Assembly: GCA_963787835.1 (NCBI GenBank)
Contig: CAWBEI010000002.1
Location: 672,001 to 736,000 of the forward strand
Direction: 5' to 3'
DNA: 64,000 bases
Source: Ignavibacteriota bacterium
GTDB taxonomy: Bacteria; Bacteroidota; Ignavibacteria; Palsa-1295
Each line of letters starts with the position of its first letter. The first letter of the stretch is position 1. A program made the position numbers and the translations under genes. Shown here piece after piece: positions 27,941 through 37,350 of this stretch. The notes below the pieces were generated by a model, which saw only the letters and a list, made by a program, of their open reading frames with translations, did not search any database and was not told the origin of the DNA.

Positions 27941-28223
27941 ATTAAAATCCGAGAGTAGTGCCGTCATGGCATGGACTCCGTCCTCGCACATCATCAATGT
28001 TCCCGCAAACGAAGCAGAGTACAATGAATTAGTTGCCGTGCTCGATTATTTGCTCGACACCAGCGATCCCGATGAACAAAGCCCGGCCGCTGCGTTAGTG
28101 GATATGATCGGCTCACTCATCGAAAGCTACGAGAACGCAAACGTGCCCGAACTTTCAGCTCCCCGCCGCAAAAGCCGCGCACATCGCCCCATCATTACTC
28201 CTCGCCAATTTAAAGCAGCTTAA
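27918..28223 (+). CDS. higA: HigA-like antitoxin lacking the C-terminal HTH
   Basis: NEAEYNELVAVLDYLLD...LVDMIGSLIESYE N-terminal motif; no Cro-HTH follows. Confidence 0.7.
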   Translation: MKTNGKTKLKSESSAVMAWTPSSHIINVPANEAEYNELVAVLDYLLDTSDPDEQSPAAALVDMIGSLIESYENANVPELSAPRRKSRAHRPIITPRQFKAA

Positions 28224-28246
28224 GGTGCGTCCTCCCCAATTTATAA

Positions 28247-28302
28247 TTCATACTTCATAATTCATACTTCATAATTCATACTTCATAATTCATACTTCAT
28301 AA
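28247..28302. repeat. Tandem array (TTCATAC TTCATAA) x4
   Basis: Perfect 14-mer x4; supplies the last codons and the stop of the GT9 gene. Confidence 0.95.
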
Positions 28303-29476
28303 TTGCCCCAACCACCTCCGATACCGTAATAAGCTTCATGCACTTCTTATGCCCGCAATTATGCACGTTGTAAGGCTTTAAATACCCAAGTTGGAGGCAG
28401 GGAGAACACTCAACTCCTTTGAATACATCAATATGCTTCTCTGACAGACTACGATAGCCCCAATAATCGGACATTCCAAAAACACGGACTGTCGGAGTTC
28501 CGACCGCCATTGCGATATGACCGATACCACTATCATTCCCAATCATTGCATCACATCGCGAAAGCAACGAAGCAACTTCGAAAATAGAATAACTACCAGA
28601 TAAATTGATTGACGATGATTTGACAAATTTTGATGCCTCCTCTATTTGTTCTTTCTCGCTCGCAACCCCGAAATGCAAAAAAACAGGATCATATTCTACT
28701 GAAAGATCACGCAAAACTTCAGCAAACCGATCATCGTCCCATTTTTTCCAATGTTGTGCCTTACTTGCACCAAAGTGAGTTCCTATCACAACTCGACCAT
28801 CAAGCTGATTCTTTAACCAAAAAGATTCAGCAAATTTCTTTTCTGAATCATTCAAAGAAATATTCGGAGTAATGTAGGTAACCTCTTCTCCAATTAATTT
28901 GCTAATTAGCCTTGAATGTCGACTCGTTTCGTGTTCATGATCTTGCTTAAGCCTTACTGAAATATTGAACATTTGGTTGGGACGCGGCTTGTACCATTTA
29001 TCCCAGGAAAAAACGTGACCCACGCGAATCGGCGCGCTAAGTATCGCACTTGTGAAGTAAGGGGTCGGCGACATGTAGGTGCAGATAATTATATCATACT
29101 TTTCTTTCTTAATTTTATGGTTCAAACCTCGTAATTCGGACAATGATAATGATTTGAAATCCGCTTCCAAAACCATGCGGAATTCTCTTCCTTCCATTTG
29201 CATTAGTCTCTGCAGCATTGGTCGGCTTTGGGATTCTGTTCCAACAATAACGTCAATTTGAGCCATCGGAAAAGCGTTGAGAATGGCTCGGAGCGATTGC
29301 TGAAACATGAGAGCATCACCAAGGCCCATATATCCGAAAATGAGGATTTTGATCTGCTCCTCTTGAAATTTCGTGACTTTAGGGTGTTTTGAAGGTTTTA
29401 GGTATGACAGAATGATAGCCAAAACCGTTTTGGTTAGCAGATAAGCAACCTTTAGTCCTCGTGAAAAAATAGCCAA
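28283..29476 (-). CDS. Glycosyltransferase family 9 (heptosyltransferase-like)
   Basis: GLGDALM, HFGAS..WKKW, IGNDSGIGHIAMAVGTPTVRVFG, CSPC...C...CM. Confidence 0.9.
   Translation of the reverse strand: MAIFSRGLKVAYLLTKTVLAIILSYLKPSKHPKVTKFQEEQIKILIFGYMGLGDALMFQQSLRAILNAFPMAQIDVIVGTESQSRPMLQRLMQMEGREFRMVLEADFKSLSLSELRGLNHKIKKEKYDIIICTYMSPTPYFTSAILSAPIRVGHVFSWDKWYKPRPNQMFNISVRLKQDHEHETSRHSRLISKLIGEEVTYITPNISLNDSEKKFAESFWLKNQLDGRVVIGTHFGASKAQHWKKWDDDRFAEVLRDLSVEYDPVFLHFGVASEKEQIEEASKFVKSSSINLSGSYSIFEVASLLSRCDAMIGNDSGIGHIAMAVGTPTVRVFGMSDYWGYRSLSEKHIDVFKGVECSPCLQLGYLKPYNVHNCGHKKCMKLITVSEVVGAIMKYEL
28310..28348. repeat. Direct repeat copy 2 (within the GT9 3' end)
   Basis: Matches 27575-27612. 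Confidence 0.95.
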
Positions 29477-29484
29477 AATGTGCT

Positions 29485-32400
29485 ATGAAAAAAATACTTA
29501 GAAATTACCGTTCTTTTGGTAAGGCGTATTTGATTGGTTCAGTTCTAATTACGCTTCTTTTTTCGAGTTTACTTCGCGCCCAAACGTGGCATTACATCGC
29601 CTCAATGAATTACGCAAGGACTGAGCATCGTGGTGTCGCGTTCCCAGACGGCCGAGTTCTTATTGCTGGCGGTAATAATGGCAGTTCGGTGCTTTCGAGT
29701 TGCGAAATTTATGATCCCCAAACAAATACCTGGACTAAGACCGGTTCAATGAACGAACCAAGATACCGCTTTGCAATGATGACGTTAGCGGACGGTCGAA
29801 TATTGGTTGCGGGTGGTCTAACGGATATGGGAACGTCCACAACTGCCGGCTGCGAAATATATGATATTAGTACAGGCGTATGGACCCAGATGAATCCAAT
29901 GCTCACTCCGAGAGAAAATTTTCCGCTTTTGCTATTGCCAGATGGTAAAGTCTTCATCAATGGAGGTGCTAACGCAAATAACGGTACTTACTTAACCGCA
30001 ACCGAGCTATTCGATCCTGTTGCGAATACTCACCAGTCGTTAGCATCCATGGACACTGGTGTTTTCGGTCAGATAGCGTTTTATGATTCTTTAAACAAGC
30101 ATGTCTTAATTCAAGGAGGAAGCTATGGGGGACTTTTGGGACATTACATTTCCGCAACACAAATCTATGACATCGCTACAAATAATTGGTCGCTAGGTCC
30201 AAATTCCTATGACAAGCACGATGCGGGAACTTACTGTGAAACCCCAGATCAAGGATTGCTCGGAATCGGAGGTCGATCTAGTTCATACGTAGCAAATGAC
30301 GTAATCGAGGTTCTCCGCTCGCCATATAATGCCTGGGATACTCTCGGTCATCTCACATCGGCCCGTTGGTCTGGGTCTGTGTTACTAGTATCCGGCGACT
30401 CGATTTTTGACATTGGTGGAAATAATGATCCTGGTGTCAATACTAATGTTTATGACTCTACAAACTGGTTCAATTATAAAACTGGAAAAGTAACGCAGGG
30501 GCCAAGATTGATAGTACCAAGAAGTGCATTTGTGGCTGTTGTCTCAAGAGTCCCCCTCCACCCCTGTACAGACAGTGTGGAAGTCTTGGTTTTCGGCGGA
30601 ACTTCAACAGGTCAAGTAATAAATTCTTGTGAGGCGTTGTCTCTTGGCGCAATAGCCGATTCTGTCCATTCCCCCTCCCTCCTTTCCCTTTCCCAAACCA
30701 CGCAATCGGTGCTCGATACGGCGTGCGGGAAAGCAAAGGATACCGCATTTCATCTTGGCGGCACCGGGTGTCCGGGGGTAACGCTGGATAGCGCATATTT
30801 CATGGGTTCCTCGGCGTTCAGGATTGGGGATACACGTAGTACGCCGCGCACGCTCGATTCGCTCGATAGCGTTCGCATCGTCTTTAACCCGACCTCGACC
30901 GGAGGCGATACGTCGTATCTTCACATCAAATACGATCTCGGTTCGGGTTCCCACGATACCGTCATAACGATCGTAGGCACATCCACACACGCTCCGGGGA
31001 CGCTCACACTTTCGCAAACCGTGCAATCGGTTTTTGATTTGAACTGTGCTCCGAAAGATACGTCCTTCCATCTTGGCGGAACCGGCTGCAATGGCGTAAC
31101 GCTCGAAGGTGCTTCGATCACCGGCTCCTCCGCATTCCGTATTATTGATTCGCGTGGAGCACCGCGCGCGCTCGATTCGCTCGATAGCGTCCGCATCGTC
31201 TTTACACCCACCCCGCCCGGCACCGATACGTCCTATCTCCATCTGCAGTATGATCCTGGTACCGGTTCGCGCGATACCATTGTTACGCTGGTGGGCTCTT
31301 CCAGAAACGCTCCCACTACCTTTTCCCTTTCGCCAACAACGGAATCCTTATTCGATACGATCTGCAATGCGCGGGATACGTCTTACAAATTTGGCGGCAC
31401 GGGGTGTCCGGGCGTCCTGCTCGATAAAATGTTCCTGACGGGTTCCTCGGCATTTCAGATCGAAGATGCACGATCCATGCCGCGTACCCTCGACTCGCTC
31501 GACAGCGTACGCATTGTTTACACCCCCGCTCCTCCGGGAGTCGATACCACGTATCTCCATCTTGTCTATAACACGGGTTCCGGCGATCGCGATACGATCA
31601 TTACCCTCATCGGTGCGATCGATCCCTCGCTTCGCAAAGTGTTCCTGGAAACCTTATCCTCGCCGCAAGTCGTAGAAGCAACCTGCGTTCCACTTTCGAT
31701 TCCGATCCCACTTTGGATCAACGGCTGTATTGCCAACGGCGGGAGATTAGATTCGGCGTACCTTACCGGTTCCTCTGCGATTCATATCAGCGACAAACGC
31801 AGCGCGCCGCGTTCGCTTAACTCGTTCGACAGTGTGCAGTTGCAATATCTGCCAGGCGCCACCGCTCCGGATACGGCAGTGTTGCATCTTACCTACGATC
31901 TGGGTTCCGGCACGGTCGATACCACGATCACCGTGATCGGCAACATTGTCAACCCGCTTCCGCCCCCAGCCATTTTAATTCCCCCAACGATACAAAGCAT
32001 TTTGTCCACATCGTGCGGCGGATCGGACACCGGTCTTCGCATCGGCGTTACCGGCTGCCCGCTGCAGAATGGCACGTTAGATTCGGTGTGGCTTACCGGA
32101 TCGCCAGCGCTCCAGATCAGCGATACCCGCTCCGTTCCACGATCGCTGCTGATAAATGACAGCATCGGTGTATTGTATTTACCCAATGGTGGTGGTTCGG
32201 ATACTGCAGAACTTCATATTCGGTACGATGTCGGCTCCGGCCCGCAGGATACGGTGCTTACGGTCATCGGCTCGGTGGCATCGCCATTGCTTGCGCAGCC
32301 GGCACACATGCGCCGGGAATCCTCATCCGCCTATTATGACGGACTCGATTCGCTTCCCCTTCAACTCGATATTAGTACCTCGGTCAATTTCGATTCTCTT

Positions 32401-32997
32401 TGGAACTTAGTGACCGACATTCAGGGGACATGTGCGTTCGACCCGAACGTGGTCAGCGCGATTCAGTACTTGCCGCCAAGTCCGTGGACGCTGGTATCCT
32501 TCACTGCACACGCCAGTTCCTTCGATTTCGAGATCATCAACAAAACGGGAAGGGCACAGAACCCGCTTGATCTCGGCACGGCAGTGTTCCGTCCGAAATC
32601 CTCGGAACCGGCCACGAGCTGGGTCACGATGCCGCGGCTCCTGCTGACAATCGGGAATCAAACCAACTCCCTCTGCGTGATCGATAACGAGGATAATCAT
32701 TGGGCTGTCAAGACGCTCGGGCTGACTGCAGGTGTTGCTTCACCCACGCTTCCGCCTGTTGGGGATGCGTTCGTTCTATTTCCCAATCCAGCAGAAGATG
32801 ATTTGTTCGTTCGAAGCGAAGCGGATCAGCCGGCCACGATCACGATCTACGATGCTATCGGAAGGGTCGTGGGAACCGCGTCCGTCGCTGCACAGGCGAC
32901 CGCTTCGATCGACACGCATTCGCTCGCATCCGGCGTGTATTTCGTCCGGATCGCCTGTGCTGATGTTATAGACTCAAAAATGTTCGTGAAAGAATAA
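29485..32997 (+). CDS. Large T9SS cargo: Kelch propeller, about five Ig-like repeats, cohesin-like region and CTD
   Basis: Signal peptide; GRVLIAGG..CEIYDP Kelch repeats; ~107-aa GCxG..LD..xGSSA..D.R..PR.L...DSV repeats; LFPNPA...IYDAIGR...SGVYFVRI. Confidence 0.87.
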   Translation: MKKILRNYRSFGKAYLIGSVLITLLFSSLLRAQTWHYIASMNYARTEHRGVAFPDGRVLIAGGNNGSSVLSSCEIYDPQTNTWTKTGSMNEPRYRFAMMTLADGRILVAGGLTDMGTSTTAGCEIYDISTGVWTQMNPMLTPRENFPLLLLPDGKVFINGGANANNGTYLTATELFDPVANTHQSLASMDTGVFGQIAFYDSLNKHVLIQGGSYGGLLGHYISATQIYDIATNNWSLGPNSYDKHDAGTYCETPDQGLLGIGGRSSSYVANDVIEVLRSPYNAWDTLGHLTSARWSGSVLLVSGDSIFDIGGNNDPGVNTNVYDSTNWFNYKTGKVTQGPRLIVPRSAFVAVVSRVPLHPCTDSVEVLVFGGTSTGQVINSCEALSLGAIADSVHSPSLLSLSQTTQSVLDTACGKAKDTAFHLGGTGCPGVTLDSAYFMGSSAFRIGDTRSTPRTLDSLDSVRIVFNPTSTGGDTSYLHIKYDLGSGSHDTVITIVGTSTHAPGTLTLSQTVQSVFDLNCAPKDTSFHLGGTGCNGVTLEGASITGSSAFRIIDSRGAPRALDSLDSVRIVFTPTPPGTDTSYLHLQYDPGTGSRDTIVTLVGSSRNAPTTFSLSPTTESLFDTICNARDTSYKFGGTGCPGVLLDKMFLTGSSAFQIEDARSMPRTLDSLDSVRIVYTPAPPGVDTTYLHLVYNTGSGDRDTIITLIGAIDPSLRKVFLETLSSPQVVEATCVPLSIPIPLWINGCIANGGRLDSAYLTGSSAIHISDKRSAPRSLNSFDSVQLQYLPGATAPDTAVLHLTYDLGSGTVDTTITVIGNIVNPLPPPAILIPPTIQSILSTSCGGSDTGLRIGVTGCPLQNGTLDSVWLTGSPALQISDTRSVPRSLLINDSIGVLYLPNGGGSDTAELHIRYDVGSGPQDTVLTVIGSVASPLLAQPAHMRRESSSAYYDGLDSLPLQLDISTSVNFDSLWNLVTDIQGTCAFDPNVVSAIQYLPPSPWTLVSFTAHASSFDFEIINKTGRAQNPLDLGTAVFRPKSSEPATSWVTMPRLLLTIGNQTNSLCVIDNEDNHWAVKTLGLTAGVASPTLPPVGDAFVLFPNPAEDDLFVRSEADQPATITIYDAIGRVVGTASVAAQATASIDTHSLASGVYFVRIACADVIDSKMFVKE

Positions 32998-33032
32998 CTT
33001 TCCTCTCATCCTCCTGGAGGACAGATGATCAG

Positions 33033-34319
33033 CTAAAAATAGCTCGATATTCCGAGGATAAAACCTCCAGTGTGTGAGGGCGGGTCGCCCAAAATATCAT
33101 ACTGCTCCATGTAGCGATAGTTGAACCTGAAAACAGTTCCCGACACAGGCCGGAAACTGATCGCCGGCATAATGCTCCAAAGATCATCGCCGATATTCGT
33201 TCCAGTTTCCGTGAACGTGCCAACATTCCAATCGACGTATTCCAGCCGTAACGCGAGCGAGAATGTAGCGTTCTCCCAGCCGAGCATCGAATGCGTATAA
33301 ACCGGTTGCACAATATCCATAAATCCGCCCTGCTGCGCGCTGCCATATTGTTGCGTATAGGTTGAAGGAACATCGACATGGATCCACGCCCATTCGGCGA
33401 TGAGATTCGTGTTCGTCCCGGGGAGGGTCACATTGCAATCGGCATCGAATACACGCACACTCCGCTCAGCGTCGATGACCGTCCCATCGGGCATCCAAGT
33501 GTTATAGACCCCGCCCATGTAGGAGAATCCCAGTTCATTGAGCGCGCCATGACCCACGGAGAGTTTTGCGGTGACGAGAGGCTCGCCGCTTGCGCTGCTG
33601 ATAAAGCGGGTCGGGTTGGTTTTTGCGGCCGGCAGGAACGTTTTATTTTCCGAATTACTGATGATCGAATCATTGAAGCCTCCCGTCAGATAGGCTTCAT
33701 ATCCAAACATCCAATCGTTCAAATATTTCTTGCCATAAAGCCCGAAGCCGGCGTTGCTCCAGGTGTCCGGAAGCAGATCGGTCATCGCGATGGGGCGGTC
33801 GGTAAATTCCCATTTAGGGCCATCATGATTTTCATTGAACGAGCCGATCGGATTGACGATCATGCCACCGCGAACATTTAGCAAGGGATCGAAATTAACA
33901 TCGAGTGCCGCATACTCGACTTCAACTTCTGTCTCAGGCCCGGAGGCGTTATCCTTATCTGCGAGCACATCGACGTCGTTTTCAAATTCTAATTCTGTGA
34001 TGAATTTTATTCTCGGCGCAATCGACGCGGCGAAAAACAAGGAAACTCGTCGGAATTGGAATTGCTGACCAACGGAGGCTCCATCCGTCGAAAGGTTCTG
34101 CCAATTCGCTTCGACATATCCACCAATGGTGATCGGCAATTTGCCGGTACTCAAAACGGGGCGATTGTACAGCGCGTCCATGCTAAGCGATGGTCTCGTG
34201 GTATCTTTCACAACAGTAGTGTCTCTCGCGGTGGGCGTGAGCAAGGTCGAATCGATCTGCGCGATGGCCACGGTTCCATGAAAAGCAAGGATAATGGTGA
34301 TAATAAGGTATTTGCTCAT
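33033..34319 (-). CDS. Outer-membrane beta-barrel (porin-like)
   Basis: Signal peptide, IGGYVE, ELEFE, VEYAALD, C-terminal aromatic residue (SSYF). Confidence 0.75.
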   Translation of the reverse strand: MSKYLIITIILAFHGTVAIAQIDSTLLTPTARDTTVVKDTTRPSLSMDALYNRPVLSTGKLPITIGGYVEANWQNLSTDGASVGQQFQFRRVSLFFAASIAPRIKFITELEFENDVDVLADKDNASGPETEVEVEYAALDVNFDPLLNVRGGMIVNPIGSFNENHDGPKWEFTDRPIAMTDLLPDTWSNAGFGLYGKKYLNDWMFGYEAYLTGGFNDSIISNSENKTFLPAAKTNPTRFISSASGEPLVTAKLSVGHGALNELGFSYMGGVYNTWMPDGTVIDAERSVRVFDADCNVTLPGTNTNLIAEWAWIHVDVPSTYTQQYGSAQQGGFMDIVQPVYTHSMLGWENATFSLALRLEYVDWNVGTFTETGTNIGDDLWSIMPAISFRPVSGTVFRFNYRYMEQYDILGDPPSHTGGFILGISSYF

Positions 34320-34771
34320 GATTTTTTCAAGGAAATTCGTAGATGGTCCGTTTCTACGGCAACTGGGAACGATCGTAATGCTTCATCCGCCGGGCCATTC
34401 AGGACAGCACCGGTTGATGTAAAGGCGCTGCCATGCGCGGGACATTCCAAGCGATCGCCAAAGACCTGAAGTTCTGCTCCCTGGTGTGTGCAGCGCATCC
34501 ACAATGCGGAATAATGCGTCTCTGAAAACCGATAGATGCAGATCGGGAATTCTAATTGCTTATTATAGACGATCACGGAATCATGGAACTGTGGTGCTTC
34601 ACCCGGCTTGGAATTTGGAATGAGGAAACTATTGGCAGGGATGAGAATGTCCGTCCCAGAAATTTCGCCATTTAGCGCCGGGGGACCGGAGCAGCCGGAC
34701 AGGATCGGAGTCAGTACGCTCCCACCGACACACGCCAGACAGCACAATTGAAGAAATTCTTTCCTATTCAC
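34316..34771 (-). CDS. Rieske [2Fe-2S] protein with Tat-like/lipoprotein signal
   Basis: MNRKEFL, LSGC, CTHQG, CPAHGSAF. Confidence 0.9.
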   Translation of the reverse strand: MNRKEFLQLCCLACVGGSVLTPILSGCSGPPALNGEISGTDILIPANSFLIPNSKPGEAPQFHDSVIVYNKQLEFPICIYRFSETHYSALWMRCTHQGAELQVFGDRLECPAHGSAFTSTGAVLNGPADEALRSFPVAVETDHLRISLKKS

Positions 34772-34773
34772 TT

Positions 34774-35975
34774 TTAAAGCGATTGCAAAAACGTGATGAG
34801 CGCGTTCACGTCTGACGAAGTAAGTTGATGGAAGCGGTTCACGCTGGTGGTTGCTTCGCCACCATGCAATAGAATCGCTTGCTGGATGCTATGGGCACGG
34901 CCATCGTGGAGCAAAAATAATTGCCCTCCCTGAGAATTCTGCGCAAGCCCCAACCCCCAGAGCGGAGCTGTTCGCCATTCCGATGTTTGAGCGGTTCCCT
35001 CCGTATAGTGATCGTCCAGGCCGGGACCCATATCATGGACAAGCAGATCGGTAAAGGGACGGAATTGCTGGTAGGATAGGGAATCGACCGGCGAAAACCC
35101 TGTCGTCAATGTTTCGCGATGGCAGTTTGCACACCCGGTTTGTTCAAACACTACCTGACCGTGCATCACAGTTGGATCCGTTGGATTTCGCTGGGTTGGC
35201 GGCGCAAGTGCGCGAAGATAAAATTCGAGGGCTTGAACGGTATTATCCGATATTTTCGGATCGACATTTCGCAGATAATACGTGCTCAGAGGATTGTAGG
35301 TAGAGGTGATCCCAATGTCCTGATTTAAGGCATTGACGGTCTGTTGCAAAAGACTATAGACGCTGGCCTTTTTCCGAACCGGCAAATATACTTCCCATCG
35401 CTGCGGACAACATCGTTCGGATTCGGCGTAACATACGCTGGGATCGTATTCCAGTTAGGATGTCCCCGGACGCCATCGGGATTGTTTACATTTTCTGCGG
35501 CCATGGCTATGATCGAATCATCCGTAACAGCTTCGATGAGTCCTAATCCGGCGGTAATAGGAGGAGTCAGTTGCGAAAAGGTTGCGCCAATAGGGAGCTG
35601 TTCCGGCAAGTATCCGGGAATCGCACGGTTCTGTAATTGTGGCCCTCCCTGCGCTAAAAACTTATTTCCAGTCGTATCGCTTTGACCAAAACGAGTGAGC
35701 GTTGTAAACGGAGTTCCCTTTCCATCTCCCTCGTGGCAGCTAAAGCAGCTCGTCGCGTTGAAGATTGGCCCAAGCCCGTTCGATGCCGAAAACACCAGTT
35801 CGTTAAATGCCTCATCGCCCGCTACGAACTGGATCAACTGTGCGTTAGATAGCCCATTAACCTGCCCGGAATTGATCTCTTCATCACTCAGCGGTGCGGA
35901 CGGTTCCAATTGTGCACATCCCACTGATAAAAGTGCACAGAGTGGGAGCAGCTCATATAACTTCATTCTTTTCAT
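34774..35975 (-). pseudogene. Di-heme oxidoreductase (DHOR) lipoprotein split by a single-base frameshift (possibly an assembly error)
   Basis: Lipobox SVGC, GLGPIFNATSCFSCH, CANCH, WRTAPLWGLG, LLHDGRA. One more T in the T5 run at 35369-35373 restores RFGKKASV. Confidence 0.8.
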
Positions 35976-36011
35976 AGACTTATAGGGTTGGTGCTGGGAA
36001 ATTCTTGTTTT

Positions 36012-36032
36012 AACAAAGACTAAGTCTTAATA
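36012..36032. promoter_or_regulatory. Putative Fur-family box upstream of the DHOR operon
   Basis: AACAAAGACTAAGTCTTAATA with palindromic core AAGACT-A-AGTCTT; resembles the box at 37972. Confidence 0.6.
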
Positions 36033-36098
36033 GTAAGATTTAATAGTTCAATATCGTTTAATTCAATTTGCGCCGAAATAGTATTAGAAAATGTGAAA

Positions 36099-37304
36099 TT
36101 ACTCGACCCAGTCCGCGACGAAAATATTGGTATTATGCGGATGGGAACCGTTACGGTTGGAACAAAAGACAAGCTTCTTGCCGTCGCGGGTGAACATGGG
36201 GAAGCTGTTGAAGCCACCACCGTAAGTGATGCGCTCCAGTCCGGTGCCATCCTTTTTGATCATAAAAAGATCGAACGAGCGGCCTTTGGGATCGAGATAG
36301 TTTGAAGAAAAAATAATATGTTGACCATCCGGCGCCCAATACGGAGAAAAACTCGCTGCCCCTAAGTTAGTGACCTGCCGCTTATTCGTTCCATCGACAT
36401 TCATGATATAGATCTCGAGCTTCGTCGGCTTTACGAGACCTTGCTTCAGCAACTCGTGATACTCTGTAAGCTCATCGCCGGTTGGCCGAGAAGCGCGATA
36501 CACAATTTCGCTGCCGTCGGGCGAAAAATAGGCGCCACCATCGTAACCTACTTCATTTGTAAGCCGCTTTGGTTCCGTGCCATCGAGATTCATAGAATAG
36601 AGATCGATATCACCCGATCGTGTGCTGGTAAATACGATACGATCGCCTTTCTGAGAGATGGTGGATTCGGCATCGTAATAGGAGGTGTCGAAGGTGATCT
36701 GTCGTAAAACTTTTCCATTTGTATCGGAGACGTATATGTCATATCCCTTGTATAGAGGCCATACATAACCTTTGGAAAAATCCGGTTCCGGGGGGCATGA
36801 ACCGCCATACATCGCTTGTGTGGAAGAATAAAGGATCTTATCGCCTCCGGGAAGAAAATAGGAGCAGGTTGTACGCCCCGCCCCATTCGAGATGCGCTTC
36901 ACACGGCTGCCATCGATAGGCATCATAAAGATCTGATCGCACGATCCCGGTTTCTTTCCGTGCGCCTGAAACGTTAGAAATTTATCATCCGGACTTAAAT
37001 AGGCCTCTGCATTTTCACCTTCGAAGGAAAGCTGCTTAATGTTCTTGAGATGCTTCTCACCGGGGTAGTAGCATGAATCGGGAAGCGCTCGCGCTCCGGG
37101 GAATTGTTTCTTCATATCGATCCCGGAATTATCGTGCATGGAAAAATCATAGATCGGCGACATGCCGAGCATTCGCCCGGTCAGAACATGCTTCTTTGTG
37201 GTATCAACCTTCTTCGTAGTATCTGTGAGCGGCGACGTGAACTGTGCCGCTGCGACGGATGAAAGAAAAAATGACCCGAGGAGAAAAGAGTAGAAAAATT
37301 TCAT
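36099..37304 (-). CDS. Exported TolB-like PD40 beta-propeller protein
   Basis: Signal peptide; ENAEAYLSPD, YDAES, YDGGAYFSPDG, FPMFTRDG. Confidence 0.85.
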   Translation of the reverse strand: MKFFYSFLLGSFFLSSVAAAQFTSPLTDTTKKVDTTKKHVLTGRMLGMSPIYDFSMHDNSGIDMKKQFPGARALPDSCYYPGEKHLKNIKQLSFEGENAEAYLSPDDKFLTFQAHGKKPGSCDQIFMMPIDGSRVKRISNGAGRTTCSYFLPGGDKILYSSTQAMYGGSCPPEPDFSKGYVWPLYKGYDIYVSDTNGKVLRQITFDTSYYDAESTISQKGDRIVFTSTRSGDIDLYSMNLDGTEPKRLTNEVGYDGGAYFSPDGSEIVYRASRPTGDELTEYHELLKQGLVKPTKLEIYIMNVDGTNKRQVTNLGAASFSPYWAPDGQHIIFSSNYLDPKGRSFDLFMIKKDGTGLERITYGGGFNSFPMFTRDGKKLVFCSNRNGSHPHNTNIFVADWVE

Positions 37305-37350
37305 TGTCTATAAAATTACAATAGGAGCCTCAACGTTCACGCATGATCGA

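Noticed and set aside
28247-28302. Tandem arrays as a possible CRISPR
   Set aside because: 7/14-bp head-to-tail units with no spacers and no cas genes.
30660-31620. Near-identical DNA repeats as a possible diversity-generating retroelement TR/VR pair
   Set aside because: Repeats are in-frame domain duplications, differences are not adenine-restricted, and there is no reverse transcriptase.
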